Assembly: GCA_964599095.1 (NCBI GenBank)
Contig: CAZREB010000014.1
Coordinates: forward strand, 64,033-128,032
Length of the DNA stretch: 64,000 nucleotides
Reading direction: 5' to 3'
DNA from: an uncultured Bordetella sp.
Lineage (GTDB): Bacteria; Pseudomonadota; Gammaproteobacteria; Burkholderiales; SG8-39
The translations under genes and the position numbers were made by a program. Numbering within the stretch: the first letter of the stretch is position 1; each line of letters begins with the position of its first letter. Of the stretch, positions 56,821-64,000 are shown in pieces. The notes under the pieces are model-generated. The model searched no databases. It saw only the letters and a list, made by a program, of their open reading frames with translations, and had not been told where the DNA came from.

Positions 56821-58929
56821 ATGAGGATAGCCGACCAGCGCGCGCAAGCCGTGCGCCAGACCATCGAAGCCGTGCGCGCCATCGAGGCGCAGTACGGACC
56901 CACGCGCGAGGCCCTCGAACGCATCAAGCCGGTACTGATCGGCCTTGCGACCCGCACCGATTTGTTCCCGCCCGAGTCGTTCGGCAATCTGCCGGGACGG
57001 CCTGGCACGATCTTCCACCTCGCCGAGGACCTGGACGGGCGGTTTGCGCTCTACGGGTCCGCCGGGGCGCCCGGCAAGGCGCAGCCGCCGCACAACCACA
57101 CCACCTGGGCCTGCATCGCCGGGGTGTACGGCGACGAGCACAACGTGTTCTACGAGCGCGTGGACGACGGCAAGGTGGAAGGCGAGGGGCGCCTTGCGAA
57201 AACCAGCGAGATGACGGTCGTGAAAGGCAACGCCTGTGCGCTCATGCCCGACGATTTCCATACGATCGAGGTGGTCAACGGCAAGGAGTCGCTCCACCTG
57301 CACCTCTACGGCAAGACCCTCGAAGACCTGCCGGGACGCGTGTTCTTCGGCGCCAGCACCGGCGGGCCGTACAAACGCTTCATGTCCAGGCCCGAGGTGT
57401 TCGCGCCGCGCATTTCACCCGCCGAACTCAAGGGCCTGATCGCCGACGGCGGCGAGCTGGCGATCCTCGATCCGCGCGAGGAGGGCGTGTACTCGAAGAG
57501 CCATCTGTTCCTTGCGGCGTCCTGCCCGCTTTCGAGGCTCGAGCTGATGATCGGCAGGCTCGTGCCGCGCGCGGGCACGCGCATCGTCCTGGCCGACGAT
57601 GACGAGACGCTCGCCCAGCGCGCCGCATCGGTCCTGCGCAGCTTCGGCTATCGCGACATCCACGTGATGGCCGGCGGGCTCGCCGCGTGGAGCGCAGCCG
57701 GTTACGAGCTTTATTCCGGCGTCTTCGTGCCGAGCAAGGCCTTCGGCGAATATATCGAGCACCGCGACGGCACACCGCGCATTACCGCCGGCGAGCTGAA
57801 GTCCAAGCTCGATGCCGGCGAAGACCTGGTGGTCGTCGATTCCCGGCCGATGGGCGAATTCCAGGTCATGAACATCCCCGGCGCGCTCGATTGCCCCGGC
57901 GCGGAGCTGGTCTACCGGGTGCCCGAGCTGGTGAAGAACCCCGACACGCTCGTCGTCGTCAATTGCGCCGGGCGCACCCGCTCCATCATCGGTGCGCAGT
58001 CGCTGATCAATGCGAAGCTGCCCAACAAGGTCGTCGCGCTCAAGAACGGCACCATGGGCTGGCACCTGGCCGGGTTCGCGCTCGAGAGGGGCAACCACAG
58101 GCACGCGCCTGCGCCGGGACCCGCAGCGCTGGCGAAGGCCCGGGCGCTGTCGGCCGGGGTGGCCAGGCGGTTCGGGATCCGGCGGCTGGACCGCGCCGGC
58201 CTCGCCCGCCTCGCCGCGCAGCAGGACCGGACCCTGTACGTATTCGACGTGCGTTCACCGGAGGAATATTCGGAGGGCCACCTGCACGGTGCCGTGAATG
58301 CGCCGGGCGGCCAGCTGGTGCAGGCCACCGACAGCTACATGGCCACGCGCAATGCGCGTGTTGCGTTGGTCGACGCAGAAGGCGTGCGCGCGGTAATGAC
58401 CGCATCATGGCTGCTGCAGATGGGCTGGCCCGAAGTCTACGTCGTGGAAGACGCGGCCGAGATCGAGCCGATCAGCGCGCAGGAACTGCAGGCGCTCGGC
58501 GCGACGGCCCAGGTGATCGATTTCGGCACCAGCATCGAGTATCGCGAAGGGCACATACCGGGCGCCGCCTTTGCGATTCGCTCGAGGCTGGCCGAGCGGC
58601 AGGACAGGTTCGCGCAGTCCGGGATCATCGTGTGCACCTCGCCCGACGGCGAGCTCGCGCGTTTCGCGGCAGCCGATCTGCGGCTCATGGCAAAGGTCCC
58701 GGTCCGGGCCCTCGCCGGCGGGACCGCGGCCTGGCGCGCGGCAGGCCTGCCGCTGGAAACCGGCCAGACCACGATGTGGGAACCGAACGAGGATGTGTAC
58801 TACAAACCCTACGACGGCAAGACCCAGGTGGAGCAGGCGATGCGCGACTACCTGGATTGGGAGGTGGCGCTGATGGAGAAGATCGGGCGCGACAGCGACG
58901 TGCGCTTCGTGGAGTTTCCGCCGGCGTAG
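56821..58929 (+). CDS. cysteine-dioxygenase-like cupin fused to four rhodanese-like domains
   Basis: N-terminal cupin of about 190 aa with PPHNHTTWACIAGVYGDE...H..E...LHLHLYG. Four rhodanese repeats follow; the second has an intact active-site loop VVVNCAGRTRS, while the first has Asp in place of Cys (LADDDET). RBS AGGAG precedes ATG 56821. Confidence 0.75.
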   Translation: MRIADQRAQAVRQTIEAVRAIEAQYGPTREALERIKPVLIGLATRTDLFPPESFGNLPGRPGTIFHLAEDLDGRFALYGSAGAPGKAQPPHNHTTWACIAGVYGDEHNVFYERVDDGKVEGEGRLAKTSEMTVVKGNACALMPDDFHTIEVVNGKESLHLHLYGKTLEDLPGRVFFGASTGGPYKRFMSRPEVFAPRISPAELKGLIADGGELAILDPREEGVYSKSHLFLAASCPLSRLELMIGRLVPRAGTRIVLADDDETLAQRAASVLRSFGYRDIHVMAGGLAAWSAAGYELYSGVFVPSKAFGEYIEHRDGTPRITAGELKSKLDAGEDLVVVDSRPMGEFQVMNIPGALDCPGAELVYRVPELVKNPDTLVVVNCAGRTRSIIGAQSLINAKLPNKVVALKNGTMGWHLAGFALERGNHRHAPAPGPAALAKARALSAGVARRFGIRRLDRAGLARLAAQQDRTLYVFDVRSPEEYSEGHLHGAVNAPGGQLVQATDSYMATRNARVALVDAEGVRAVMTASWLLQMGWPEVYVVEDAAEIEPISAQELQALGATAQVIDFGTSIEYREGHIPGAAFAIRSRLAERQDRFAQSGIIVCTSPDGELARFAAADLRLMAKVPVRALAGGTAAWRAAGLPLETGQTTMWEPNEDVYYKPYDGKTQVEQAMRDYLDWEVALMEKIGRDSDVRFVEFPPA

Positions 58930-59001
58930 CGCGAACGGCCGGGTGGTGGAACACGTCGTGAAGCGGCAAGCGCAACCTGCGGGACGCCGAAGGAGACCCG
59001 A

Positions 59002-59775
59002 ATGGACATGAACGATGCATTGATGCGGCAGCGGCCGGACCGGATGACCCAGGAGGAATGGCGCCTTCGGCTCGAGCTGGCGGCCTGCTACCGCATCGTG
59101 GACTACATGGGCTGGACCGAGCTCATCTACAACCACATCACGATGCGCGTCCCGGGGCCCGAGAGGCACTACCTGATCAACCCCTTCGGCCTCAACTACA
59201 ACGAGGTCACCGCGTCGAACCTCATCAAGGTGGGGCTCGACGGCAGGGCCATCGACCCGTCTCCGCACCCGGTGAACGCCGCCGGCTTCATCATCCACGG
59301 CGCGATCCACGGCGCGCGCGAAGACGCGCACTGCATCATCCACACCCACACGACGGCCGGCATCGCGGTGGCGCTGAAGGAGGGCGGACTCAGGCACGAC
59401 GATTTCTATGGCGCAATGCTCTTCGGGCGCGTCGCCTACCACGACTTCGAGGGCATCAGCGTGCGCCCCGAAGAACAGCCGCGCCTGGTCAGGAGTCTGG
59501 GCGACAAGGACGTGCTGATCCTGCGAAATCACGGTCTCCTCGTGTGCGAGCGCGACATCCCGTCGGCGTTCCGCCTGATGTGGCACCTGCAGCGCGCTTG
59601 CGAGGTCCAGTGCGCCGGCGACGCGATTCCCGGCCCGAACCGGATCCTGTCCGACGAGGTGCGCAGGCAGAGCGCACACGACGCGGCCAATTTCGAGCCG
59701 AAAGGCAAGCTCGAACGCATGGTGATGGCCAGCGTATTGCGCAAGGCGGGCCTCACCCTCGACATGCTGGTCTAG
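59002..59775 (+). CDS. class II aldolase/adducin-family protein
   Basis: 257 aa with the pattern NHITMRV...IHGAIH...IIHTHT (His metal ligands) typical of the class II aldolase/adducin N-terminal domain. Confidence 0.8.
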   Translation: MDMNDALMRQRPDRMTQEEWRLRLELAACYRIVDYMGWTELIYNHITMRVPGPERHYLINPFGLNYNEVTASNLIKVGLDGRAIDPSPHPVNAAGFIIHGAIHGAREDAHCIIHTHTTAGIAVALKEGGLRHDDFYGAMLFGRVAYHDFEGISVRPEEQPRLVRSLGDKDVLILRNHGLLVCERDIPSAFRLMWHLQRACEVQCAGDAIPGPNRILSDEVRRQSAHDAANFEPKGKLERMVMASVLRKAGLTLDMLV

Positions 59776-59804
59776 CTTTCCTTTCCAACGACCCAGGAGT
59801 GACA

Positions 59805-60665
59805 ATGGCTTTTCTTCAGCCGGGCATCTTCGTTCGCCACGATCCGCAGGGCGCAGGCGCGCCCCTCGTGGTCGACGTTTCGCGCAGCGGCCGCGAGTAC
59901 CCGAAGGAGTTCCGCTCGCCGCTGCCCTTTACGGTGCTGCACGACAACGTGTCGATGTATGTCGAGGACCTGTGGGCGGCCGCGCCTTCTGTCGGCGCGA
60001 CCATGCTGTATTGCTGCTTCCCGAACACCTTCATGGACGTCAACCGCAAGGAGGACGACCTCGACCCGGCGGTCATCGACGGCGAGTGGCCGGCGAAGCT
60101 CAACCCCAGCCCGGTGGCGATCCGCGGGCTCGGCCTCATCAAGACCAAGTCGCGCTACGGGGAGCCGATGCAGGAAAAGAAGCTGACCGTGGCCGAGATC
60201 CAGGAGCGCTTCGACCTCTACTACCATCCCTACCACCGCGAGCTGAAGCGCATCGTCGACGAGACCTACGCGAAGCACGGTTTGCTGTGGCAGCTGTCGT
60301 GCCACTGCATGTCGGCGATCGGCGCGCCCACGCACGCGGATGCCGGGCAGCCGCGCGCCGATTTCTGCCTCGGGAACATCGGCTACACGACCTCGTCGAA
60401 GGAGTTCATCGAGTACGTCGCGGCCGAAATCAAGAAACTCGGCTACAGCGTGACGATCAACACCCCGTACGAAGGCAACGAGCTCAACCGGCGGCACGGC
60501 GCGCCGTCCAGGGGGATCGAGAGCATCATGGTCGAGATCAACAAGAAGCTGTTCATGGACACGAAGACGTTCCGCAAGACCGACGGATTCGGACCGCTCA
60601 AGGCAAACCTCGACAAGCTGCTGAAGACGCTCGCCGCAGAGGCGCTCAAACGCTCGCGCGCTTGA
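59805..60665 (+). CDS. N-formylglutamate amidohydrolase (FGase) family protein
   Basis: 286 aa with VVDVSRSGREYP, DVNR and SCHCM blocks as in the FGase/HutG-like family. Only the last third of ORF 59058-60665 is used. Confidence 0.7.
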   Translation: MAFLQPGIFVRHDPQGAGAPLVVDVSRSGREYPKEFRSPLPFTVLHDNVSMYVEDLWAAAPSVGATMLYCCFPNTFMDVNRKEDDLDPAVIDGEWPAKLNPSPVAIRGLGLIKTKSRYGEPMQEKKLTVAEIQERFDLYYHPYHRELKRIVDETYAKHGLLWQLSCHCMSAIGAPTHADAGQPRADFCLGNIGYTTSSKEFIEYVAAEIKKLGYSVTINTPYEGNELNRRHGAPSRGIESIMVEINKKLFMDTKTFRKTDGFGPLKANLDKLLKTLAAEALKRSRA

Positions 60666-61864
60666 AGTCAGGCAGGCGCCGGGCGGTCGCGCAGTTCGCA
60701 CTCGCCCTGTCGGCAACGGTCGCGGCCGGGGCCCAGGCGGACGATTTCTCGGCGTGCGTCGGCAGGCTCCGCGGAGAAGCAATCAGCCGGGGCATCAGCG
60801 GACCGACGTTCGACGTTGCGATGACGGGGGTCGAGCCGGACCCGACCGTGCTCGAGGCGATGGACTCGCAGCCGGAGTTCAAGACCCCGATCTGGGACTA
60901 TCTCGCGGTGCTGGTCGACGACGAGCGCATCGCCGACGGCCGCGAGCAGCTGCAGCGCTGGTCTGCGGTCCTCGACCAGGTGGAAAGCCGGTATGGCGTC
61001 GACCGGCACGTCGTTGTCGCGGTGTGGGGCGTGGAATCGAATTTCGGGCGGCAGGCAGGCGGCCGCCCGCTGGTGCGCTCGCTTGCCACCGGGGCGTGCT
61101 CGGGACGCCGGCAGAAGTTCTTCCGCAACGAATTCATGGCCACGCTGGGGATCCTGCAAAGCGGCGATATGCCCCTCGAAGCGCTGCGGGGATCCTGGGC
61201 AGGTGCGTTCGGGCAGACCCAGTTCATGCCGACGACCTACCAGCGGCTCGCGGTCGATTTCGACGGAGACGGCCGGCGCGATATCGTCGGCTCGGTGCCG
61301 GATGCGCTCGGTTCGACGGCGAATTTCCTCGCCAAGGCCGGATGGGCGCCGGGGGAGCCCTGGGGTTACGAGGTCTCGGTGCCCGCCGGCTATGCGGGAC
61401 CCTCGGGGCGCCGCAACCGGCAGGCGCTGTCGCAATGGAGTGCGCGCGGCGTGAGGACGGTCGACGGCCAGCCGTTGATCGGCACCGGCGCCGCGGCCCT
61501 CCTGCTGCCGGCCGGGGCGGGCGGCCCGGCGTTCCTCGTCTTCGGCAACTTCAACGCGATCTATTCGTACAACGCGGCCGAATCTTATGCGCTGGCCATC
61601 GCTCACTTGTCCGATCGATTGCGGGGCGGCGCTGCGTTCAGGACCGCCTGGCCGACGGACGATGGCGGGCTGTCGCGCGCGCAGAGGAGGCAAATGCAGG
61701 CGCTCCTCAATCAACGCGGATTCGACGTCGGCGAACCGGACGGTGCGATCGGTCCGCGCACGCGGGCGGCGATCCGAGCATTCCAGTCTTCGGCCGGATT
61801 GCCGGAGGACGGACGGCCCGGGATGCGGGTATTGCAGGCGCTGGAGGCGGGCGCTGCCAGGTGA
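60662..61864 (+). CDS. lytic murein transglycosylase (MltB/Slt35-like) with C-terminal peptidoglycan-binding domain
   Basis: VWGVESNFG (catalytic Glu), GAFGQTQFMPTTY, and C-terminal PG_binding_1-like GEPDGAIGPRTRAAIRAFQ. The TTG start is uncertain and overlaps the upstream stop. Confidence 0.8.
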   Translation: MKSGRRRAVAQFALALSATVAAGAQADDFSACVGRLRGEAISRGISGPTFDVAMTGVEPDPTVLEAMDSQPEFKTPIWDYLAVLVDDERIADGREQLQRWSAVLDQVESRYGVDRHVVVAVWGVESNFGRQAGGRPLVRSLATGACSGRRQKFFRNEFMATLGILQSGDMPLEALRGSWAGAFGQTQFMPTTYQRLAVDFDGDGRRDIVGSVPDALGSTANFLAKAGWAPGEPWGYEVSVPAGYAGPSGRRNRQALSQWSARGVRTVDGQPLIGTGAAALLLPAGAGGPAFLVFGNFNAIYSYNAAESYALAIAHLSDRLRGGAAFRTAWPTDDGGLSRAQRRQMQALLNQRGFDVGEPDGAIGPRTRAAIRAFQSSAGLPEDGRPGMRVLQALEAGAAR

Positions 61865-61999
61865 AAGTCCGTTTGGCAGCAGGCCACCGGCACCCGGCGA
61901 CACGCTGGCGACGCGGATCGGGAAGCCCGGCGACCCGGTGTCCTCGCCGGCCTGACAGCGACGGTCAGGCAAGTCGACGTCGTGCCGCGCGGCGGGTAT

Positions 62000-62458
62000 T
62001 CAGTCGGCGCAGACCTTGGCGTGGATTGCGGCGATATTCGAGTTCGGGGGGATCTCATCTACCTTTATCAGCGCCGTCTGGTTCAGCGGACGGACGGCAT
62101 CGCTAAGCCAAGGCGACGGAAAGGCAATCATCGGCCCGCTGTCGCTGCTCAACTGGATGACAGTGCCGCCGAGGTGAGGTTCCGAGTGGGACGAGGATGC
62201 CAGGCGCCTGTATTGGCGGGTGCCGCAGAGGATCTCCCACAGGAATCTCTGCGACCTGGCGCCGGTGCCGTCCGGCTTCCTGAAGTCCTGCAGTTCCCAC
62301 ACCACGCGGGCACTTCCGTCCTTTCGAATCGAAGCCGGATCGAGGTAGTGCACCGCCATCACGGTTTCGGCGTACTTTTCCCAGCCGCCGATCGCCGCCG
62401 TCGCGGCAAGCGCGAGCAGGATGCCCGATGCCAGCCGGGTTCCGTGCGCGAATTTCAT
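62000..62458 (-). CDS. secreted protein, surface-adhesin protein E-like domain
   Basis: Signal peptide. YLDPASIRKDG..VVWEL...S..FLWEILCGTRQYR...HLGGTVI matches the remembered protein-E-like pattern. Confidence 0.5.
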   Translation of the reverse strand: MKFAHGTRLASGILLALAATAAIGGWEKYAETVMAVHYLDPASIRKDGSARVVWELQDFRKPDGTGARSQRFLWEILCGTRQYRRLASSSHSEPHLGGTVIQLSSDSGPMIAFPSPWLSDAVRPLNQTALIKVDEIPPNSNIAAIHAKVCAD

Positions 62459-62480
62459 GTTGCCTGCTCTCTGCGTCCGC

Positions 62481-62556
62481 TGGCGCCCCCGACACGAATC
62501 GAACGTGTGACCTACCCCTTAGGAGGGGGTCGCTCTATCCACTGAGCTACGGGGGC
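62481..62556 (-). tRNA. tRNA-Arg (anticodon CCT), encoded CCA
   Basis: The reverse complement folds as GCCCCCG-TA-GCTC-AGTGGATA-GAGC-G-ACCCC-CTCCTAA-GGGGT-AGGTC-ACACG-TTCGATT-CGTGT-CGGGGGC-G-CCA. Confidence 0.9.
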
Positions 62557-62617
62557 GAAGGGGCAGCATTTTAGCCGAACGCGCTATGATTCCGCAGTCC
62601 ATCCTGCGGAGGTCGCA

Positions 62618-62833
62618 ATGAGGTCCGTCGTGACGGTGCTTTTCCTGGGTGCGGTGGCCGCAACGGCCGGCTGCGGCATCGAATCGGCAAGCACCGCGGC
62701 CACCGCCGCCGCGATCAAGCAAAAGGAGATCGAGGCCGGGCAGAAGGCGAAAGCCGACGCCGAAAAGCAGGTCGGCCAGGCCCTCGAGCGGATGCAGGAG
62801 AACGCGCAAAAGCCGGCCGAAGCCGGGAAGTAG
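62618..62833 (+). CDS. small lipoprotein, Ala/Lys/Glu-rich
   Basis: 71 aa with lipobox ATAGC followed by a helical low-complexity region. Confidence 0.5.
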   Translation: MRSVVTVLFLGAVAATAGCGIESASTAATAAAIKQKEIEAGQKAKADAEKQVGQALERMQENAQKPAEAGK

Positions 62834-62984
62834 CAATACTGCCAAAATTTCCAAGGAGTCCGCGCCGTTATTGGGTCTCCGGGCGAAATACTGCCACTGA
62901 CGCGGCCCGGCCGGTCGCTTCGCATGGCGGCCCGGCGAAACGCCCGCGCCGCGGCCGATGCGCTCGGCTATCATGGCGCCCGCC

Positions 62985-63857
62985 ATGCAACACGCCTTCC
63001 TCAAGAGCGCATTCGCCGCCGCATTGCTGTCCTTTTGCGTGACGCAGGCTGTTGCGCAGGACGACAACTTCACGCCATTCGTCATCAGCGCGGACGAGGT
63101 CGTGCATCGCATGCTGCGCATGGCGGACGTGGGGCCGGGCGACTTCCTGATCGACCTGGGCTCGGGCGACGGGCGCATCCCGATTGCGGCGGCAAAGCGA
63201 TACGGCGCCCGCGGGCTGGGCGTCGATCTCGACCCGCCCCTCGTCGAGCTTGCGCGCAAGAACGCGGCGGCCGAGGGGGTCGCCGACAAGGTGCGCTTCG
63301 AGGTGAAGGACCTGTTCGAGACCGACCTGTCAAAGGCGACGGTGGTGGCCTTCTACCTGCTGCCCGACGTCGCGATGCAGCTGCGACCCAAGCTGCTGAA
63401 GGAGTTGAAGCCCGGCACCCGCATCGTTGCGCACGACTACAACCTCGGCGACTGGCCGGCGGACGAATGGACCTCGATCCGCGTGCCCGACAAGCCGGTG
63501 GCGCCGGTCGGCGTCAGCCAGGTCTTCCTGTGGGTGGTGCCGGGCGACGCGCACGGCCATTGGACGAGCGAAATCGGGGGCGAGCGCATCGCATTCGACA
63601 TCGAGCAGCGCTTCCAGGTGATCAAGGTGCGCGTCAGCGGACAGGCTCCGCGGGCCGGCGACGAGGGCAGGCCGCTCGAGATCCGCGCGGCGCGGCTGCT
63701 CGGCGAGGACATCCACCTCGTCGTCGCCGGCCGTCTTGCGGGGCGCGACGGGATCCATCGCCTGTTCGGGAGGATCCGGGGCGCCCGCATCGAGGGCGAG
63801 ATCCTGACCGGTACCCGGTCGCCCGAGCGCACCGCGTGGAGCGCGACGCGGCAGTGA
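62985..63857 (+). CDS. secreted class I SAM-dependent methyltransferase
   Basis: Signal peptide MQHAFLKSAFAAALLSFCVTQAVAQ, and SAM motif I in FLIDLGSGDGRIPIAAAKRYGARGLGVDLD. ATG 62958 is an alternative start. Confidence 0.7.
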   Translation: MQHAFLKSAFAAALLSFCVTQAVAQDDNFTPFVISADEVVHRMLRMADVGPGDFLIDLGSGDGRIPIAAAKRYGARGLGVDLDPPLVELARKNAAAEGVADKVRFEVKDLFETDLSKATVVAFYLLPDVAMQLRPKLLKELKPGTRIVAHDYNLGDWPADEWTSIRVPDKPVAPVGVSQVFLWVVPGDAHGHWTSEIGGERIAFDIEQRFQVIKVRVSGQAPRAGDEGRPLEIRAARLLGEDIHLVVAGRLAGRDGIHRLFGRIRGARIEGEILTGTRSPERTAWSATRQ

Positions 63858-63882
63858 CGCGCGAAATGTGTAGATGCGGCCG

Positions 63883-64000
63883 ATGAGGCGCCGCGCGCTG
63901 GCGGGATTGGCGCTTTGCTTCCTCGGCCTGGCGACCGCCCGCGCGCAGAGCTGGGCGTGGGACGATGGCACCGTGCCCTTCGTCGTGTCGCCTGAAGAAG
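63883..64000 (+). CDS. N-terminal fragment of a second secreted protein, paralogous to the 62985-63857 N-terminus (3' end outside the window)
   Basis: MRRRALAGLALCFLGLATARAQSWAWDDGTVPFVVSPEE parallels ...AQDDNFTPFVISADEV of the upstream gene. Confidence 0.45.
   Translation, partial: MRRRALAGLALCFLGLATARAQSWAWDDGTVPFVVSPEE

Noticed and set aside
61865-61999. Short GC-rich hairpin (GCCTGAC-N6-GTCAGGC) between the convergent transglycosylase and protein-E-like genes, as a possible terminator.
   Set aside because: The stem is only 7 bp with no U-tract, which is not distinguishable from background in GC-rich DNA.
1-64000. Search for CRISPR arrays, rRNA genes, IS elements, integrases, toxin-antitoxin pairs and known phage-defence gene sets.
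   Set aside because: I saw no regularly spaced direct repeats, no transposase or integrase-like translations (DDE, tyrosine-recombinase R..H..R..Y patterns), and no rRNA-like sequence. The two class III cyclases lack adjacent effector genes of the Pycsar/CBASS type.

Overview
GC-rich, Burkholderiales-like betaproteobacterial chromosome segment. The taxonomy is inferred from the tpiA-secG-tRNA-Leu-nuoA..N-NUDIX synteny and the Bug/TctC binding protein. All family assignments come from reading motifs in the translations; no database search was possible. The window has three blocks. (i) 1-33.8 kb is an accessory metal/metalloid and redox block. It opens with the ackA 3' end and a DUF3141 protein. 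A run of 15 same-strand genes (2.1-15.8 kb) follows: a MerR regulator, a Cyc2-like fused monoheme cytochrome-porin, a c551-type cytochrome, two paralogous small Cys/His proteins, a Met-rich periplasmic protein, a membrane-anchored FNR/[2Fe-2S] reductase, a putative di-heme-b membrane protein and a heptaheme cytochrome c. The run continues with a translationally coupled set (beta-CASP hydrolase, AMP/thymidine-phosphorylase-like, PRPP-synthetase-like, class III cyclase) and ends with a CusF-like protein. After it come a pbrR/pbrA/pbrB-like P1B-ATPase module with a textbook MerR-type 19-bp-spacer promoter, czcI-like + czcCBA, a cyclase-TRASH/YHS fusion, and merR/merT/merP/GDCCVxC without merA. 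The block closes with arsR-arsC-acr3 plus an ATP-grasp ligase-like gene, a GGDEF sensor and an MFS transporter. (ii) 34-50.4 kb is core: tpiA, secG, tRNA-Leu(GAG), nuoA-N and a NUDIX hydrolase, ending in a 64-bp perfect palindrome. (iii) 50.4-64 kb holds a TauD-family dioxygenase, a Bug binding protein, lipoprotein SodC, a TRAP transporter, MaoC, a CDO-like cupin fused to four rhodanese domains, a class II aldolase, an FGase-like protein, an MltB-like transglycosylase, a protein-E-like secreted protein, tRNA-Arg(CCT), a small lipoprotein and tandem secreted methyltransferase paralogs. I saw no transposase, integrase, CRISPR array or rRNA. The best candidate for an undescribed system is the 2.7-15.4 kb locus: a possible trans-envelope electron-transfer chain (cytoplasmic NAD(P)H reductase, di-heme b, heptaheme c, monoheme c, outer-membrane cytochrome-porin) that appears to be co-transcribed with a nucleotide-metabolism/cyclase cassette.
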